The notes: a model not told the origin generated them from the letters alone. DNA of 64,000 nucleotides from Candidatus Eiseniibacteriota bacterium (GCA_963725865.1 CAVSAC010000014.1:1568001-1632000), one strand, 5' to 3'; counted from the stretch's first letter, positions 30,394-40,980 are shown. A program made the numbers and translations.

Positions 30394-31899
30394 ATGAGCT
30401 CGAACCCGTCGTTCACCCGTCCACGTTCGTACTGGCTCAGTGCCGCGGTGCTCGTGATCGTCGGCCTGGTCATCGGCCTCGGCCTGAGCGCCAGCCTCGA
30501 CCTGCAGCGCAGTTCGACCGCGCAGCGCGCCGTGTCGTCGAATGTGCCGCCGAGTGCGTCGTCCCTGGAGAGCCCATTCGTTCCGGTCGTCGATCGTGCC
30601 CTGCCCGCGGTCGTGTTCATCGACGTCCGCAAGTCGGTCGGGGGCGGTGATTCCGACGATCCCACCGACGAGATGTTCAAGCGCTTCTTCGGAACTCCGC
30701 GGCGCCCGCAGATGCAGCCGTCCTCGGGGTCGGGCTTCATCATCGACAAGAGCGGCCTGATCCTCACCAACAACCACGTGGTGAAGGACGCCAGCGACAT
30801 CACGGTCACGCTCAACGACAAACGCACGTTCAAGGCCAAGGTCGTCGGCACCGATCCCCAGACGGACGTCGCGATCATCCGCGTCGACGGCAGCGACCTG
30901 CCCGTGCTCCCGCTCGGGGACTCCGACCAGCTGCGCGTCGGCGACTGGGCGATCGCGATCGGGAATCCGCTGGGCGAGCTCAAGGGTTCGGTCACCGTGG
31001 GCATCATCAGCGCGCAGGGCCGGTCGAACCTGAACATCTTCGGTGGCACGCCGGTGTTCCAGGACTTCATCCAGACCGACGCGTCGATCAACTTCGGCAA
31101 CTCCGGGGGGCCCCTCTGCAACATCCACGGGGAGGCGATCGGGATCAACACCGCGATCAATCCGAGCGGACAGGGCATCGGCTTCGCCATTCCCATCAAC
31201 CTCGCCAAGCACGTGGCCGATCAGTTGGTCGCGCATGGCAAGGTGAGCCGCTCGTGGCTCGGTGTCACGCTCGCCGACCTCACGCCAGAACTGGCGGACG
31301 GTCTCGGACTGCGCGCCAATCAGCAGGGCGTGGTGATCCAGGACGTGCTCGATGGCCAGCCCGCCGCGCGGGCGGGCGTGCGCCGGAACGACATTCTGGT
31401 GGAGTTCGACGGCCGGCCGGTCTCCGACGTGCAGAAGTTGCGGATCCAGGTGGCCGATACCCCTCCCGGGAAGCGCGTACCGATGGTCGTGCTGCGGGAC
31501 GGTCAGCGACAGACCATGACTGTCACGCTCACCGATCGCGACCAGGGCATCGCCGCAGCGTCGCAGGGGGGCGGCGGCACTGTCGAGCGGCCGCAGGAGC
31601 CGTCCAGCGCGCCAGTCGTGGGCCTGCGGGTGCGTGCGATGACCGACGAGGAGCGTGGGGAGTTCAAGCTCAAGTCGGGCGTCGTCGTGGCGGAGGTTCA
31701 GACGGGCAGTGCGGCCGAGGAGGCCGGGCTCGCGGCCGGTGAGGTCATCGAAGAGGTAGGGGGCAGGCCGGTTTCGACGCCGTCGGAGTTCGCGTCGCTC
31801 CTGCGCGATGCCCGCACGAAGGGTAAGGCTCACGCGGCCCTGCTGGTGAACAACGGTCAGCAGACCCGTTATGTCACACTGCCGGTGACGGACAAGTAG
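30394..31899 (+). CDS. HtrA/DegP-DegQ family serine protease with two PDZ domains
   Basis: GSGFII, LTNNHVV, TDVAII, IQTDASINFGNSGGPL, two PDZ domains. Confidence 0.95.
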   Translation: MSSNPSFTRPRSYWLSAAVLVIVGLVIGLGLSASLDLQRSSTAQRAVSSNVPPSASSLESPFVPVVDRALPAVVFIDVRKSVGGGDSDDPTDEMFKRFFGTPRRPQMQPSSGSGFIIDKSGLILTNNHVVKDASDITVTLNDKRTFKAKVVGTDPQTDVAIIRVDGSDLPVLPLGDSDQLRVGDWAIAIGNPLGELKGSVTVGIISAQGRSNLNIFGGTPVFQDFIQTDASINFGNSGGPLCNIHGEAIGINTAINPSGQGIGFAIPINLAKHVADQLVAHGKVSRSWLGVTLADLTPELADGLGLRANQQGVVIQDVLDGQPAARAGVRRNDILVEFDGRPVSDVQKLRIQVADTPPGKRVPMVVLRDGQRQTMTVTLTDRDQGIAAASQGGGGTVERPQEPSSAPVVGLRVRAMTDEERGEFKLKSGVVVAEVQTGSAAEEAGLAAGEVIEEVGGRPVSTPSEFASLLRDARTKGKAHAALLVNNGQQTRYVTLPVTDK

Positions 31900-31918
31900 C
31901 CCGCGCCGGACTCAGGAA

Positions 31919-31948
31919 TCGTGAGGCGGGGACCGCCCCGCCTCACGA
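31919..31948 (+). terminator. 13-bp hairpin between the degP-like gene and the amidase
   Basis: TCGTGAGGCGGGG-ACCG-CCCCGCCTCACGA; no U tract. Confidence 0.45.
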
Positions 31949-31964
31949 AGCCCCAGGGAGGGGC

Positions 31965-33215
31965 ATGAGGATCACCATTCGCATTCGATCGATCGCATGG
32001 GCGGCCGCGCTCGTGACGGCAATGTCGCCAGTGGCGAGCTTCGCCCAGGCCGACTCGTCCGGGCCGGCTTCGCTCAGCCTCACGAGCCTCCGATCGTGGA
32101 CCGCGCCATCCAACACCCGCGTGGTGCTCGACTTCTCGGCGCCGGTGACGGTGGTGATGTCCGACTCCGGCGTTGCTCGCCGCATCGTCGTGCGCGCCCC
32201 GGGGGAGCAGTTCGAGCTCCCGTCCGGCGTGCCCAGCCGCCTGGTGGTGGGAGACGGCGCGATCGACTCGGTGCAGGTGCTCGCCGAGCCCGCGGGCACA
32301 TCGTTCGTCTTCTGGCTCGCCGACTCGACGTCGTTCCGGGCCTTCACGCTGCCCGCGATGGACGACAAGCCGTTCCGCGTGGTGGTCGATGTCGATCACC
32401 CGGGCGGCGACGCTGCCGAAGAGCGGCGGCTTGCCAACATCGCGGCCGCGAAGCGCCGGGACCGCGTGCGCGTGGTGGCGATCGACGCCGGGCACGGCGG
32501 TGACGACACGGGTGCCCGCGGCCCCGGCGGTGTGCTCGAGAAGCATGTCACGCTCGCCATCGCCCGTGCGCTGGCGGCCGAGCTGGGGCAGATCGAGGGA
32601 GTCCGCGCGGTGCTGACGCGCGACCAGGACTACTTCATCCCGTTGCGCGAGCGCTACCACATCGCGGAGAAGGTGAAGGCGGACCTGTTCGTCAGCATCC
32701 ACGCGAACTCGTCGCGCCGGCGCGGCTCCGGCAGCGGCTCCGAGGTCTACTTCTTGTCGCTACGCGGCGCCACCGATCAGTCCGATGCGGACCTCGCCGA
32801 TCTCGAAAACGCCGCCGACCTGGTGGGAGGCGTGCCCCAGCACGCGGAGGACGACCTGGTGTCGATCCTCTACGACGTGAAGCGCAATGCGGCGCTCGAG
32901 CAGAGCCAACTGCTCGCGGAGACGCTGCTCGACCACCTGGCCACCGATCGGCGGCTGGAATCGCGCGGCGTGAAGCAGGCCGGCTTCGCGGTGCTCAAGT
33001 CCGTGGAGTTCCCCTCGGTGCTGGTGGAGACCGCGTTCATCAACAACCCGGTGGAAGCGCGGCTGCTCCGCAATCCCAACTTCCAGCGCCAGATGGCGCA
33101 CCAGCTCGCGAGCGGGCTGCGCACGTATTTCGAGCGCACCGGAGCGCTGCGTACTTCCGGATCCGCGGGCGGCGCACCCGGCTCCCAGGCGCCGGCCAGC
33201 GCCTCGCACCCTTGA
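31965..33215 (+). CDS. N-acetylmuramoyl-L-alanine amidase (AmiC-like: AMIN + Amidase_3)
   Basis: TRVVLDF, VAIDAGHGGDDTGA, EKHVTL, FVSIHANS, SVLVETAFINN. Confidence 0.93.
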   Translation: MRITIRIRSIAWAAALVTAMSPVASFAQADSSGPASLSLTSLRSWTAPSNTRVVLDFSAPVTVVMSDSGVARRIVVRAPGEQFELPSGVPSRLVVGDGAIDSVQVLAEPAGTSFVFWLADSTSFRAFTLPAMDDKPFRVVVDVDHPGGDAAEERRLANIAAAKRRDRVRVVAIDAGHGGDDTGARGPGGVLEKHVTLAIARALAAELGQIEGVRAVLTRDQDYFIPLRERYHIAEKVKADLFVSIHANSSRRRGSGSGSEVYFLSLRGATDQSDADLADLENAADLVGGVPQHAEDDLVSILYDVKRNAALEQSQLLAETLLDHLATDRRLESRGVKQAGFAVLKSVEFPSVLVETAFINNPVEARLLRNPNFQRQMAHQLASGLRTYFERTGALRTSGSAGGAPGSQAPASASHP

Positions 33216-33243
33216 CCGCGCGCGCGGACCGCCGCTCGCGCAC

Positions 33244-36200
33244 CTAGCGGCGTCCCACGCGCTGGATGCGGCCGTCCAGCTGCACGTCCAAAGCCGCTCC
33301 TCCGGCGCAACGCTCGCTCACGAACGTCTCGAGCGCGTCGCGCACCAGCGCCCCGTCATCGCGCCGATCCCGCCCATTCGAGAGCGTCGAGTAGTTGTCG
33401 CCCCCGCTGGCCATGAAGTTGTTGCACACCGTGCGGTAGTCGCGCGTCGGCTCGAGCGGCGAGCCGTCCGCGAGCGCGATCGACTTCACGCGCTGGCCCG
33501 CGGGGCCGTCCGGATCGTAGCTGAAGCGGATGCCGCTCACCTGCGTGACGCGCCCGTACGCCAGCCCCTCTTCGATCACCTGCCGCACCTCGGCGCCGGT
33601 GAGCGTGACGAGCGTCATGGTGTTGTCGAATGGCATCACCTCGTAGATCGAGCCCTTCGTGAGCGCGCCCTCGGGGAGCTCCGCACGCAGACCGCCGGTG
33701 TTCTGGAACGCGATGTCCACCTTCGCGGCGGCGCGCATCGCGTCGGCGACCAGGTCGCCGACGGCGTTCTCGGGGCTCCCGCGCGGGATGCGGCGGGCCG
33801 AACGACCGAGCGGGGTCGCGGCGAGCGGGCCGATGGCGGCGTTCCAGTGCTCGACCCGCGCGAGCCATACGCTGTCGGGCCGCACCTCGTCGGCGTACGT
33901 GGTCACTAGTCGCGCGCGGTGCTCGACCACTTTGCCCGCGAGCGGGTCCACGACCAGATCGCACACACCCACCACCTGTCCGAGCGCGCCGGAGATCATC
34001 ACCGGGGCGCCGCCGATCTCGTCGAGCACCTGATTGTGGCTGTGGCCGCCGAACCACGCATCGACGCCGGGCACCCCGCGGGCCATCCGCGGCAGGTCGC
34101 CGCTCACCGCGCGCCGCGTGGAATCGGTCTCGGCCGGGATGTGGCCCACGCTCAGCACCACCCGGGCGTGATCGCGCTGGCGCAGCCGCGGCGCGACTCG
34201 CGCCGCCCAGAGGGAGTCGTCCTCGAAACGCAGGTGCGCGACGCACGAGGGCAGCGTCACGGTCGGTGTGTGGCGGTAGCACAGCCCGAGCACGCCGACC
34301 TTCACGCCACGCCGCACGAACACCGTATCCGAGCGGATGTCGCGCGGCATCCGGCCGGTCGCGCGCACGATCATGTTCGCTCCGAGCGCCGCGAACTGCA
34401 TCTCGGCGACGCGTCGCGAGAGCGTGTCGGCGCTCCAGTCGAAGTCGTGGTTGCCGACCGCCATCGCGGTGTAGCGGAGTGCGTTCATCTGCTCGATCAC
34501 CGGGCGGCCGAACTGCAGGTTCGAGATCATGGTGCCCTGAGCGCAGTCGCCGCCGTCGAGCAGCACCGTGCCCTCGGGGTTCTCCGCGCGCAGCCGCTCG
34601 ACATGGGCGGCGAGCACCGCGCTGCCGCCGATCGGCCGGTTCGTGCGGCGCTCGCGGGCACCCGACAGGATCGCACCGTGGAAGTCGGTGGTCTCGAGCA
34701 CGCGCACCTGCGGGAAGCGCGCATTGGCGATCATCCCGAGCGCCTGCCCGCGGGTGAGGGGCGGCGACGACGGCCAGGCGCCGGGGCCGGCCCCTGGCGG
34801 AGGGATCCGGGTGCCGGTGACGAGCGAGCGCCGGAACGAGGCGAGGTCGGCGGGGCGGGCGACGTCGTAGCGCGCGCGGCGCGCCGCTGCCTCCAGCGTG
34901 CCGGCGAGGAACGCCGCGCTCGCCGGCGCGCCTGCTGCCGCAGTCGACTTCGGCGCCGGCGCCCCGAACGCACGCGCGGCCCAGGCGGCGACCTCGCCGG
35001 TGCGCGCCACGGAGTCGGCGTCGAGTGACTCCGCCTGGTCGCGCGCGAGCACGCCGCGGCGCACCAGCAGATCGAGCAGCGGCCGCTCCGGCGTCGTTGC
35101 GTACGCGGGCAGCAGGTGCCACCCGTTGCGCCAGGCGCCGGTCAGGCGCTGGGCGCGCGTGATGGTCTCGACCACCAGGTCGCGAATGTCGACCCGTCCC
35201 TCGCTCACGCGCGGTGCGCGGTGGATCATCTCGAAGCCGCCGCCGCCGTTGGCGCGATAGGACGAGACGGCGACTCGGAGCGGGGTCGCCGGATCGAGCG
35301 GCGCGCCGCGGAACGTCAACGCACTCACCCGCTCGCCTGGAGGCTTCGCCAGGTCGACCGTGTACGAGACGCCCTCGGCCATGTCGAACTGGTAACCGGG
35401 CACCGAAGGGTCCGCGAGGGGCTTGCCGTGCTCGAACGTATACGGCGCCAGGTAGCGGCACGATTGCTCGAGCGCCGCCCTCAGCTCGGCGCCGGTGAGG
35501 GTGACCATGACGAGCGTGTTGTCGTAGGGATAGAGCCGCATCGCGTCTCGCAGCCGCACCGGGCCCTTCGCGATGCGCGCACCCGGATCGAACAGCGGCG
35601 CCAGCGACACGTCGGCGCCCGAGGCCTCGAGCATCGCGCGATGCACCAGCGCCCACAGCGGGCCTGGCGCGAAGCGCCCGCGCGGGGCGCCGATCTCGAC
35701 CACCGCCTCGCCGATCACCTGATCGAGCGCGGCGCGGGTGGCGTCGTGGTAGGGCTGCGCGAAGGAGACCAGTGCGCTGTCCGCGGGCATCGAGTCGGTC
35801 ACCGCGATCACGCGGCCGCGCTTCTCCTGGACGGTCCAGGGCCCGCTGGCGCCCGCGCGCGTGAGCGTGAGGTCGATGCGGCCGAGTCCTTCGCCGCGGG
35901 TGCCGGCCTGCGCGACCAGCACGCCATTCACGGTCGTCCCCGGCACCACCACGTGGGTGTGCCCGAGCACCAGTACGTCGGCCCCCCTCAGATGGTTCGC
36001 CAGCCGCAGGCCCCAGTTCTCGTCGGGGGCGTCGCCACTGCGCGCGAGCCCGGTCCCCGGATCCTGCTCGAACCCGGTGTGGGCCAGTACCACCACCACG
36101 TCGCAACTCCCGCTGCCGCGCAGGCGCGCGATTTCGGCGTTCGCGGCCTCGACCGGCGAGGTGAAGCGCAGTCCCGCGAGGCGCGCCGAGTCCTCCAGCG

Positions 36201-36729
36201 CGGGCAGCGCCGGCGTGGTCACTCCCACGATGCCCACACGGAGCGCGCCGCAGGTCTTCACGATCGAGCTCCCGAACGCGGGCAGTCCGTCGCTGGCGCG
36301 CACCACGTTGGCCGCCAGCCACGGGAACCCGGCGGTGGCGCGTGCGCGCTCGAGAGCGTCACGGCCGTACGAGAACTCGTGATTGCCGATCGCCATCGCG
36401 TCGTAGCCCATGCGGGCCATCGCGGTCGTGATCGGCTCGGGGCGCGTGCGGTCGCCCTTCTGGTAGACGGCCGCCAGCGGGCCGCCCTGCAGGGCATCGC
36501 CGTCGTCGAGCAGCAACACCGGCGGACCCTCCGCGCGGATGCTGCGGACCAGCGGCGCGAGCTTCACGAGCCCGCGCGCGGCCGGCTGGTCGGCGAGGTA
36601 ATCCCAGGCGGTGAGCGCGCCATGGAGGTCGGTGGTATGGAGCACGACGAGGCGGGCCTCGTCGGCGGCGGCGACGCCCGCGGCGAGCGCGAGCGCGAAC
36701 AGAGCGGAGACCACTGGGCGGAGGCGCAT
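33244..36729 (-). CDS. Secreted tandem metallophosphoesterase/5'-nucleotidase (2',3'-cyclic phosphodiesterase + 5'-NT, YfkN-like)
   Basis: Two modules: HTTDLHG/DDGD/GNHEF/GHTH and ETTDFHG/DGGD/GNHDF/GHSH, each followed by a 5'-nucleotidase C-terminal domain. Confidence 0.88.
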   Translation of the reverse strand: MRLRPVVSALFALALAAGVAAADEARLVVLHTTDLHGALTAWDYLADQPAARGLVKLAPLVRSIRAEGPPVLLLDDGDALQGGPLAAVYQKGDRTRPEPITTAMARMGYDAMAIGNHEFSYGRDALERARATAGFPWLAANVVRASDGLPAFGSSIVKTCGALRVGIVGVTTPALPALEDSARLAGLRFTSPVEAANAEIARLRGSGSCDVVVVLAHTGFEQDPGTGLARSGDAPDENWGLRLANHLRGADVLVLGHTHVVVPGTTVNGVLVAQAGTRGEGLGRIDLTLTRAGASGPWTVQEKRGRVIAVTDSMPADSALVSFAQPYHDATRAALDQVIGEAVVEIGAPRGRFAPGPLWALVHRAMLEASGADVSLAPLFDPGARIAKGPVRLRDAMRLYPYDNTLVMVTLTGAELRAALEQSCRYLAPYTFEHGKPLADPSVPGYQFDMAEGVSYTVDLAKPPGERVSALTFRGAPLDPATPLRVAVSSYRANGGGGFEMIHRAPRVSEGRVDIRDLVVETITRAQRLTGAWRNGWHLLPAYATTPERPLLDLLVRRGVLARDQAESLDADSVARTGEVAAWAARAFGAPAPKSTAAAGAPASAAFLAGTLEAAARRARYDVARPADLASFRRSLVTGTRIPPPGAGPGAWPSSPPLTRGQALGMIANARFPQVRVLETTDFHGAILSGARERRTNRPIGGSAVLAAHVERLRAENPEGTVLLDGGDCAQGTMISNLQFGRPVIEQMNALRYTAMAVGNHDFDWSADTLSRRVAEMQFAALGANMIVRATGRMPRDIRSDTVFVRRGVKVGVLGLCYRHTPTVTLPSCVAHLRFEDDSLWAARVAPRLRQRDHARVVLSVGHIPAETDSTRRAVSGDLPRMARGVPGVDAWFGGHSHNQVLDEIGGAPVMISGALGQVVGVCDLVVDPLAGKVVEHRARLVTTYADEVRPDSVWLARVEHWNAAIGPLAATPLGRSARRIPRGSPENAVGDLVADAMRAAAKVDIAFQNTGGLRAELPEGALTKGSIYEVMPFDNTMTLVTLTGAEVRQVIEEGLAYGRVTQVSGIRFSYDPDGPAGQRVKSIALADGSPLEPTRDYRTVCNNFMASGGDNYSTLSNGRDRRDDGALVRDALETFVSERCAGGAALDVQLDGRIQRVGRR

Positions 36730-36869
36730 GGGGTACGAACGCTAACACCGGCCTTCGAGGCGATCAACGCTAGCCGCTCACGCCGCCGCGTCGCGGGCTT
36801 GCCGCCCGCACAGGCGCCCGCCTATAGTCGCCGCCGCGCATCCAGACCGAGAATCGACGAGGAGGGACG

Positions 36870-37688
36870 ATGTCCGACGCCGTGAGCTGCCCGTCCTGCG
36901 GGACGGTGAATCCCGCGGGCAGCGAGAGCTGCTCGTCGTGCAACTTCCCCCTCCGCGCGCCCACCGCCGCGCCGCGCGCGAGCGAGCCGGCGCGGCCCGC
37001 CGCCGAGGAGCCGGTTCGCATCGAGCGTCCGCTGCCGTACCGGCCCCGCCGGCGCCCTGGCGGTCCCGCGAATCAGCAGGCCATGACCCTGTGGCTCGTG
37101 TTCGGGGCGATCGCGGCGGCAGCGGTCATCTTCGTCGCGTTCCAGGCCACGCTCCAGCACAAGGCGGATGCGCCCACGGTCGAGGGCGCGAACGCGGACG
37201 CCCAGAAGCACGTCGACGAGCTGCGCGCCCTGTTGTCGCAGGACTCGACGAACATCAACGCGCGCCAGCAACTCGCCGACATCCTGTATGACACCGCGAA
37301 CTGGAACGACGCGATCGTGCAGTACCGCTCGGTGGTCCGCCAGGACTCCAGCCGCGCCACCGCGATCGTCGACCTCGGGGTCTGCTACTACAACCTCGGC
37401 TTCGTGGACGAGGCCAAGCGCCACTTCGAGCTGGGCCTCAAGCGTCAGTCCGACCACCCGATCGCGCTTTTCAACCTGGGGATCGTGGCCGAGCGCCAGA
37501 ACGACCTCGAGGGCGCGCTGAAGTACTACCATCGCGCGGTGCAGTCGAATCCTCCCGAGAACATGATGTCGGCGCTCACCGAGGCGGTGATGCGGGTGAG
37601 CAAGGCGCTCGGTCGCTCGCCGCGCCCGCTCACGGGCGCGCCCGGCGCCGGCATGCCGCCGCAGGGGATGCCGCCGAGCGGTCGCTAG
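36870..37688 (+). CDS. Zinc-ribbon + TM + TPR protein
   Basis: CPSC...CSSC N-terminus, one TM, three TPR-like motifs. Confidence 0.75.
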   Translation: MSDAVSCPSCGTVNPAGSESCSSCNFPLRAPTAAPRASEPARPAAEEPVRIERPLPYRPRRRPGGPANQQAMTLWLVFGAIAAAAVIFVAFQATLQHKADAPTVEGANADAQKHVDELRALLSQDSTNINARQQLADILYDTANWNDAIVQYRSVVRQDSSRATAIVDLGVCYYNLGFVDEAKRHFELGLKRQSDHPIALFNLGIVAERQNDLEGALKYYHRAVQSNPPENMMSALTEAVMRVSKALGRSPRPLTGAPGAGMPPQGMPPSGR

Positions 37689-37734
37689 CGCGCTTCGGAT
37701 CCGGGCGGCGGCCCCGACTGCGGGGCGCACGCCG

Positions 37735-38409
37735 TCATCCGGCGCGCTCGGGCAACAGGCCCATGGCGCTCAGCGCCGAGCGCGTGTGGAGGGCGGTGTC
37801 GCCTGGCGCGAGCGTCAGCTCGCCGAGCCATCGCACCAGCGCCGCGGGCGTGTCGAGGTCCGCGAGCGGCTCCAGTCGTGCGACCCGCAGCCCCAGTGCC
37901 GCCGCCCGTTCGAGCGTGCGGGCGAGCACCTGCGGAGTACTCCAGGGCACGTCCTCGAACAACGCGGGGCACGGCCGCTGCAGCCCGATCAGCGTGTATC
38001 CACCATCGAGCGCCGGCCCCACCACCATGTCGTGCTCCTCGAGACGAGCGAGCGCGGCGCCGATCCGGGACCCATCGAGCGCGGGGCAGTCGGCCCCCAT
38101 CACCAGCGCGCGGTCGGCGGGCGCGCGCAGCAGTGCGGCGAACGCATCCGCCAGGCGCTCGCCGAGGTCGCCGCCGCGCTGCCGGGCGACCGTCCAGTCC
38201 GGCGGGACGTCGGGGTCCGGCCCCCCGGCGAGCGGCTCCGCCCACCAGAGGGTTCGGTGGTCCGCCGATGCGGCCTGGGCGGCCGCGAGCGCGTCGCGAA
38301 GCATGCCGCGATAGAGCTCACAGGCGAGGCGCGGTGGCAAGGCCGGCGAGAGCCGGGTCTTCACCCGGCCCACGACCGCCGGGCGCGCGAACACTGCGAT
38401 GTGCCGCAT
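37735..38409 (-). CDS. DUF2064/TIGR04282-type glycosyltransferase-like protein
   Basis: 'VFARPAVVGRVKTRL', 'QRGGDLGERL', 'GADCP', 'GPALDGGYTLIG', 'DLDTP'. Confidence 0.85.
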   Translation of the reverse strand: MRHIAVFARPAVVGRVKTRLSPALPPRLACELYRGMLRDALAAAQAASADHRTLWWAEPLAGGPDPDVPPDWTVARQRGGDLGERLADAFAALLRAPADRALVMGADCPALDGSRIGAALARLEEHDMVVGPALDGGYTLIGLQRPCPALFEDVPWSTPQVLARTLERAAALGLRVARLEPLADLDTPAALVRWLGELTLAPGDTALHTRSALSAMGLLPERAG

Positions 38410-38472
38410 GCCGCCACCATACCCGCCGCGCGGGCGGCCGCGGAAACTAGCCCCGCGCTCGTCGCCCCCGCG

Positions 38473-38501
38473 TTGACAGCCCACGGGCCCGTTCCTAGAG
38501 T
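38473..38501 (+). promoter_or_regulatory. Sigma-70-type promoter of lpdA
   Basis: TTGACA-N17-TAGAGT. Confidence 0.65.
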
Positions 38502-38581
38502 CCCCGGGATCCTCTGCACCGACTCCGTCCCCGGGCTGCCGCGCCCGGCGCGGAACTCCCTGAACATCGAGAGCGAACTCC

Positions 38582-40003
38582 ATGTCCGATCCCCGGCACT
38601 TTCAGGTCGTCATCATCGGCACCGGTCCCGGCGGCTACGTCGCCGCCATCCGCGCGGCGCAACTCGGACTCCAAACCGCCGTCGTCGAGAAGGACGAGCT
38701 GGGCGGGACCTGCCTGAACTGGGGCTGCATTCCGACCAAGGCCTGGGTGGTCTCCGCGCACCTCTACGAACAGATCAAGCGCGCGAAGGAGTTCGGTATC
38801 GAGGTTGGCGAGCCGCGGATCCGCTGGGACTGGCTGCTGGAGCGCAAGAACAAGGTCGTGAAGCAGATGACCGGGGGCGTCGGGACGCTGCTGAAGGGCC
38901 GCGGGGTCGAGGTGATCCGGGGCAACGCGCGGCTGACAGGCGGCCATCGCATGGTGGTCGCTCTCAAGGACGGCTCGCAGCAGGAGCTGACCGCCGACGA
39001 CGTCGTGCTCGCCACCGGGGCGGCCGCGACGCTGCCGCCCGGCTGGAAGCTCGATGGCGAGCGCGTCATCACCAGCCAGGAGGCCCTCGACCTGAAGACC
39101 CAGCCGCGGCGGCTGGCGGTGCTCGGCGGGGGGGTGGTGGGCTGCGAGTTCGCATGCTTCTTTGCGGCGATCGGCACCCAGGTGACGCTGATCGAGATGC
39201 TGCCGCACCTGGTGCCGAACGAGGACGACGAGATCGCCCAGACGCTCGAGCGGGAACTCAAGAAGCAGAAGATCGCGCTCCATCTCGGCACCAAGGTCGA
39301 GGGCGTGAAGGACGCTGCCGGCGGCGCGCTGTCTCTCACGCTTTCGAACGGCCAGCAAGTCGAGGTGGACACCGTGCTCGTGGCGACCGGGCGGCGCCCG
39401 TTCACCGGCGGGCTGGGGCTGGAGGCCGCGGGCGTGGACGTCGGTGAGCGTGGCAAGGTGGTGGTCGATGCCGAGCTGCGCACCCGCGCGGCGCGCGTGT
39501 GGGCGATCGGGGACGTCACCGACATCAAGCAGTTGGCGCACTTCGCCTCGGCGCAGGGCAAGGCGGTGGTGGCGCGGATCGCGGGCCACTCCGCGCAGAC
39601 GGACTGGCGCGCGGTGCCGGCCGCGACGTTCACCACGCCGGAGATCGCGAGTGTCGGTCTGACGGAGCGCGAGGCGCTCGCCCGCGGTCGCACCCTCAAG
39701 ATCGGACGCTTCCCGTTCCGTGCCCATGGTCGCAACATCGCCGACGGGGAGACGACCGGGTTCGTCAAGCTCATCGGGGATGCCGCCACCGACCAACTGC
39801 TCGGCGCGCATATCATCGGTGCGAAGGCGAGCGAGCTCGTGCACGAGTGCTCGCTGGCGATCGCGGCCGATCTCGACATGCATCACCTGGCGCAGGCCAT
39901 CCACGCGCACCCCACGATGACCGAAACCATCGGGGAGGCGGCCGAGGACGCAGACCTGATGGCGATCCATCTGATCCGCCAAGAGGCGAAAGCGGCGCGC
40001 TGA
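38582..40003 (+). CDS. lpdA: Dihydrolipoamide dehydrogenase
   Basis: GPGGYVAAIRAAQLG, GGTCLNWGCIPTK, GGGVVGCE, HAHPT..E. Confidence 0.97.
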   Translation: MSDPRHFQVVIIGTGPGGYVAAIRAAQLGLQTAVVEKDELGGTCLNWGCIPTKAWVVSAHLYEQIKRAKEFGIEVGEPRIRWDWLLERKNKVVKQMTGGVGTLLKGRGVEVIRGNARLTGGHRMVVALKDGSQQELTADDVVLATGAAATLPPGWKLDGERVITSQEALDLKTQPRRLAVLGGGVVGCEFACFFAAIGTQVTLIEMLPHLVPNEDDEIAQTLERELKKQKIALHLGTKVEGVKDAAGGALSLTLSNGQQVEVDTVLVATGRRPFTGGLGLEAAGVDVGERGKVVVDAELRTRAARVWAIGDVTDIKQLAHFASAQGKAVVARIAGHSAQTDWRAVPAATFTTPEIASVGLTEREALARGRTLKIGRFPFRAHGRNIADGETTGFVKLIGDAATDQLLGAHIIGAKASELVHECSLAIAADLDMHHLAQAIHAHPTMTETIGEAAEDADLMAIHLIRQEAKAAR

Positions 40004-40047
40004 ACGGGGCCGCGCCGGTGGTCGGCGCGGGGTGGGGAGGAGCACAC

Positions 40048-40980
40048 ATGGCGCTGGTCGTGGGCTCGGCCACGGATCTCGGCCGGCGGCGGCAACAGAA
40101 CGAGGACAGCTTCGTGGTGTGGTCGCCCGCGGGCGAGGCCGATCGCGCGCGCCGCGGGGCCCTGCTCGTGGTCGCCGATGGCATGGGCGGCGCGGCGGCC
40201 GGTGAGGTCGCCAGCCGCATGGCGGTCGAGACCGTCCTCGAACGCTATCGCGGGGCGAGCGAGGTGCCCCCGCTGGCCGCGCTCAAGTCGGCGCTCGAGG
40301 AGGCGAACCGGCGGGTGCATCGCGAGAGCCTGCTGCACCCGGAGTACCGCGGCATGGGCACGACCTGCACGGCCGCAGTCGTCCGCGACGCGGCGGTGAC
40401 CATCGCGCATGTGGGGGACAGCCGGGCCTACCTGGCGCGGGGTGACGCACTGCGCCCGCTCACGCGCGACCACACATTGGTCGCGCAGCTCGTGAGCGAG
40501 GGTCGGCTGACCGCGGAGGAATCGCGCACCGACTCGCGGCGCAACGTGGTGACCCGCTGCATCGGCGTGAGCGAGAGCATCGAGGTGGACGCCGAGGAGT
40601 GGGGCGAGATCCTCGAGGCTGGCACCGTGCTGGTGCTCTGCACCGACGGACTCCATGGCGTGGTCGACGAGCGCGAGCTGGCGAGCGCGGCGACCGGGGT
40701 CGCCCCCGACATCGCATGCCACGCGCTGGTCGCGCTCGCGAACGAGCGCGGTGGGCCGGACAACATCACCGTGATCGTGGCGCGCGCCGATGCTCCCGCG
40801 CCCCCGCCCGCGGTGGTGATCGACGCCGGCGCGGAGCCGACGGTGAGCCCGGCGCCCGCGGCGCTCGCGGCGCCCGTGGCGCCCCGGGACCGCTGGCCGC
40901 TTGCGACCCTGATGGTGCTGGGGGGGCTGGTGGTGCTGCTCGCACTCGTGCTGACGCTCGTCCTGCGGACCGTGCGCTGA
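40048..40980 (+). CDS. PP2C-family Ser/Thr phosphatase with C-terminal TM
   Basis: TDLGRRRQQNED, VVADGMGG, GMGTT, HVGDSRAY, LCTDGL, GGPDNIT. Confidence 0.93.
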   Translation: MALVVGSATDLGRRRQQNEDSFVVWSPAGEADRARRGALLVVADGMGGAAAGEVASRMAVETVLERYRGASEVPPLAALKSALEEANRRVHRESLLHPEYRGMGTTCTAAVVRDAAVTIAHVGDSRAYLARGDALRPLTRDHTLVAQLVSEGRLTAEESRTDSRRNVVTRCIGVSESIEVDAEEWGEILEAGTVLVLCTDGLHGVVDERELASAATGVAPDIACHALVALANERGGPDNITVIVARADAPAPPPAVVIDAGAEPTVSPAPAALAAPVAPRDRWPLATLMVLGGLVVLLALVLTLVLRTVR

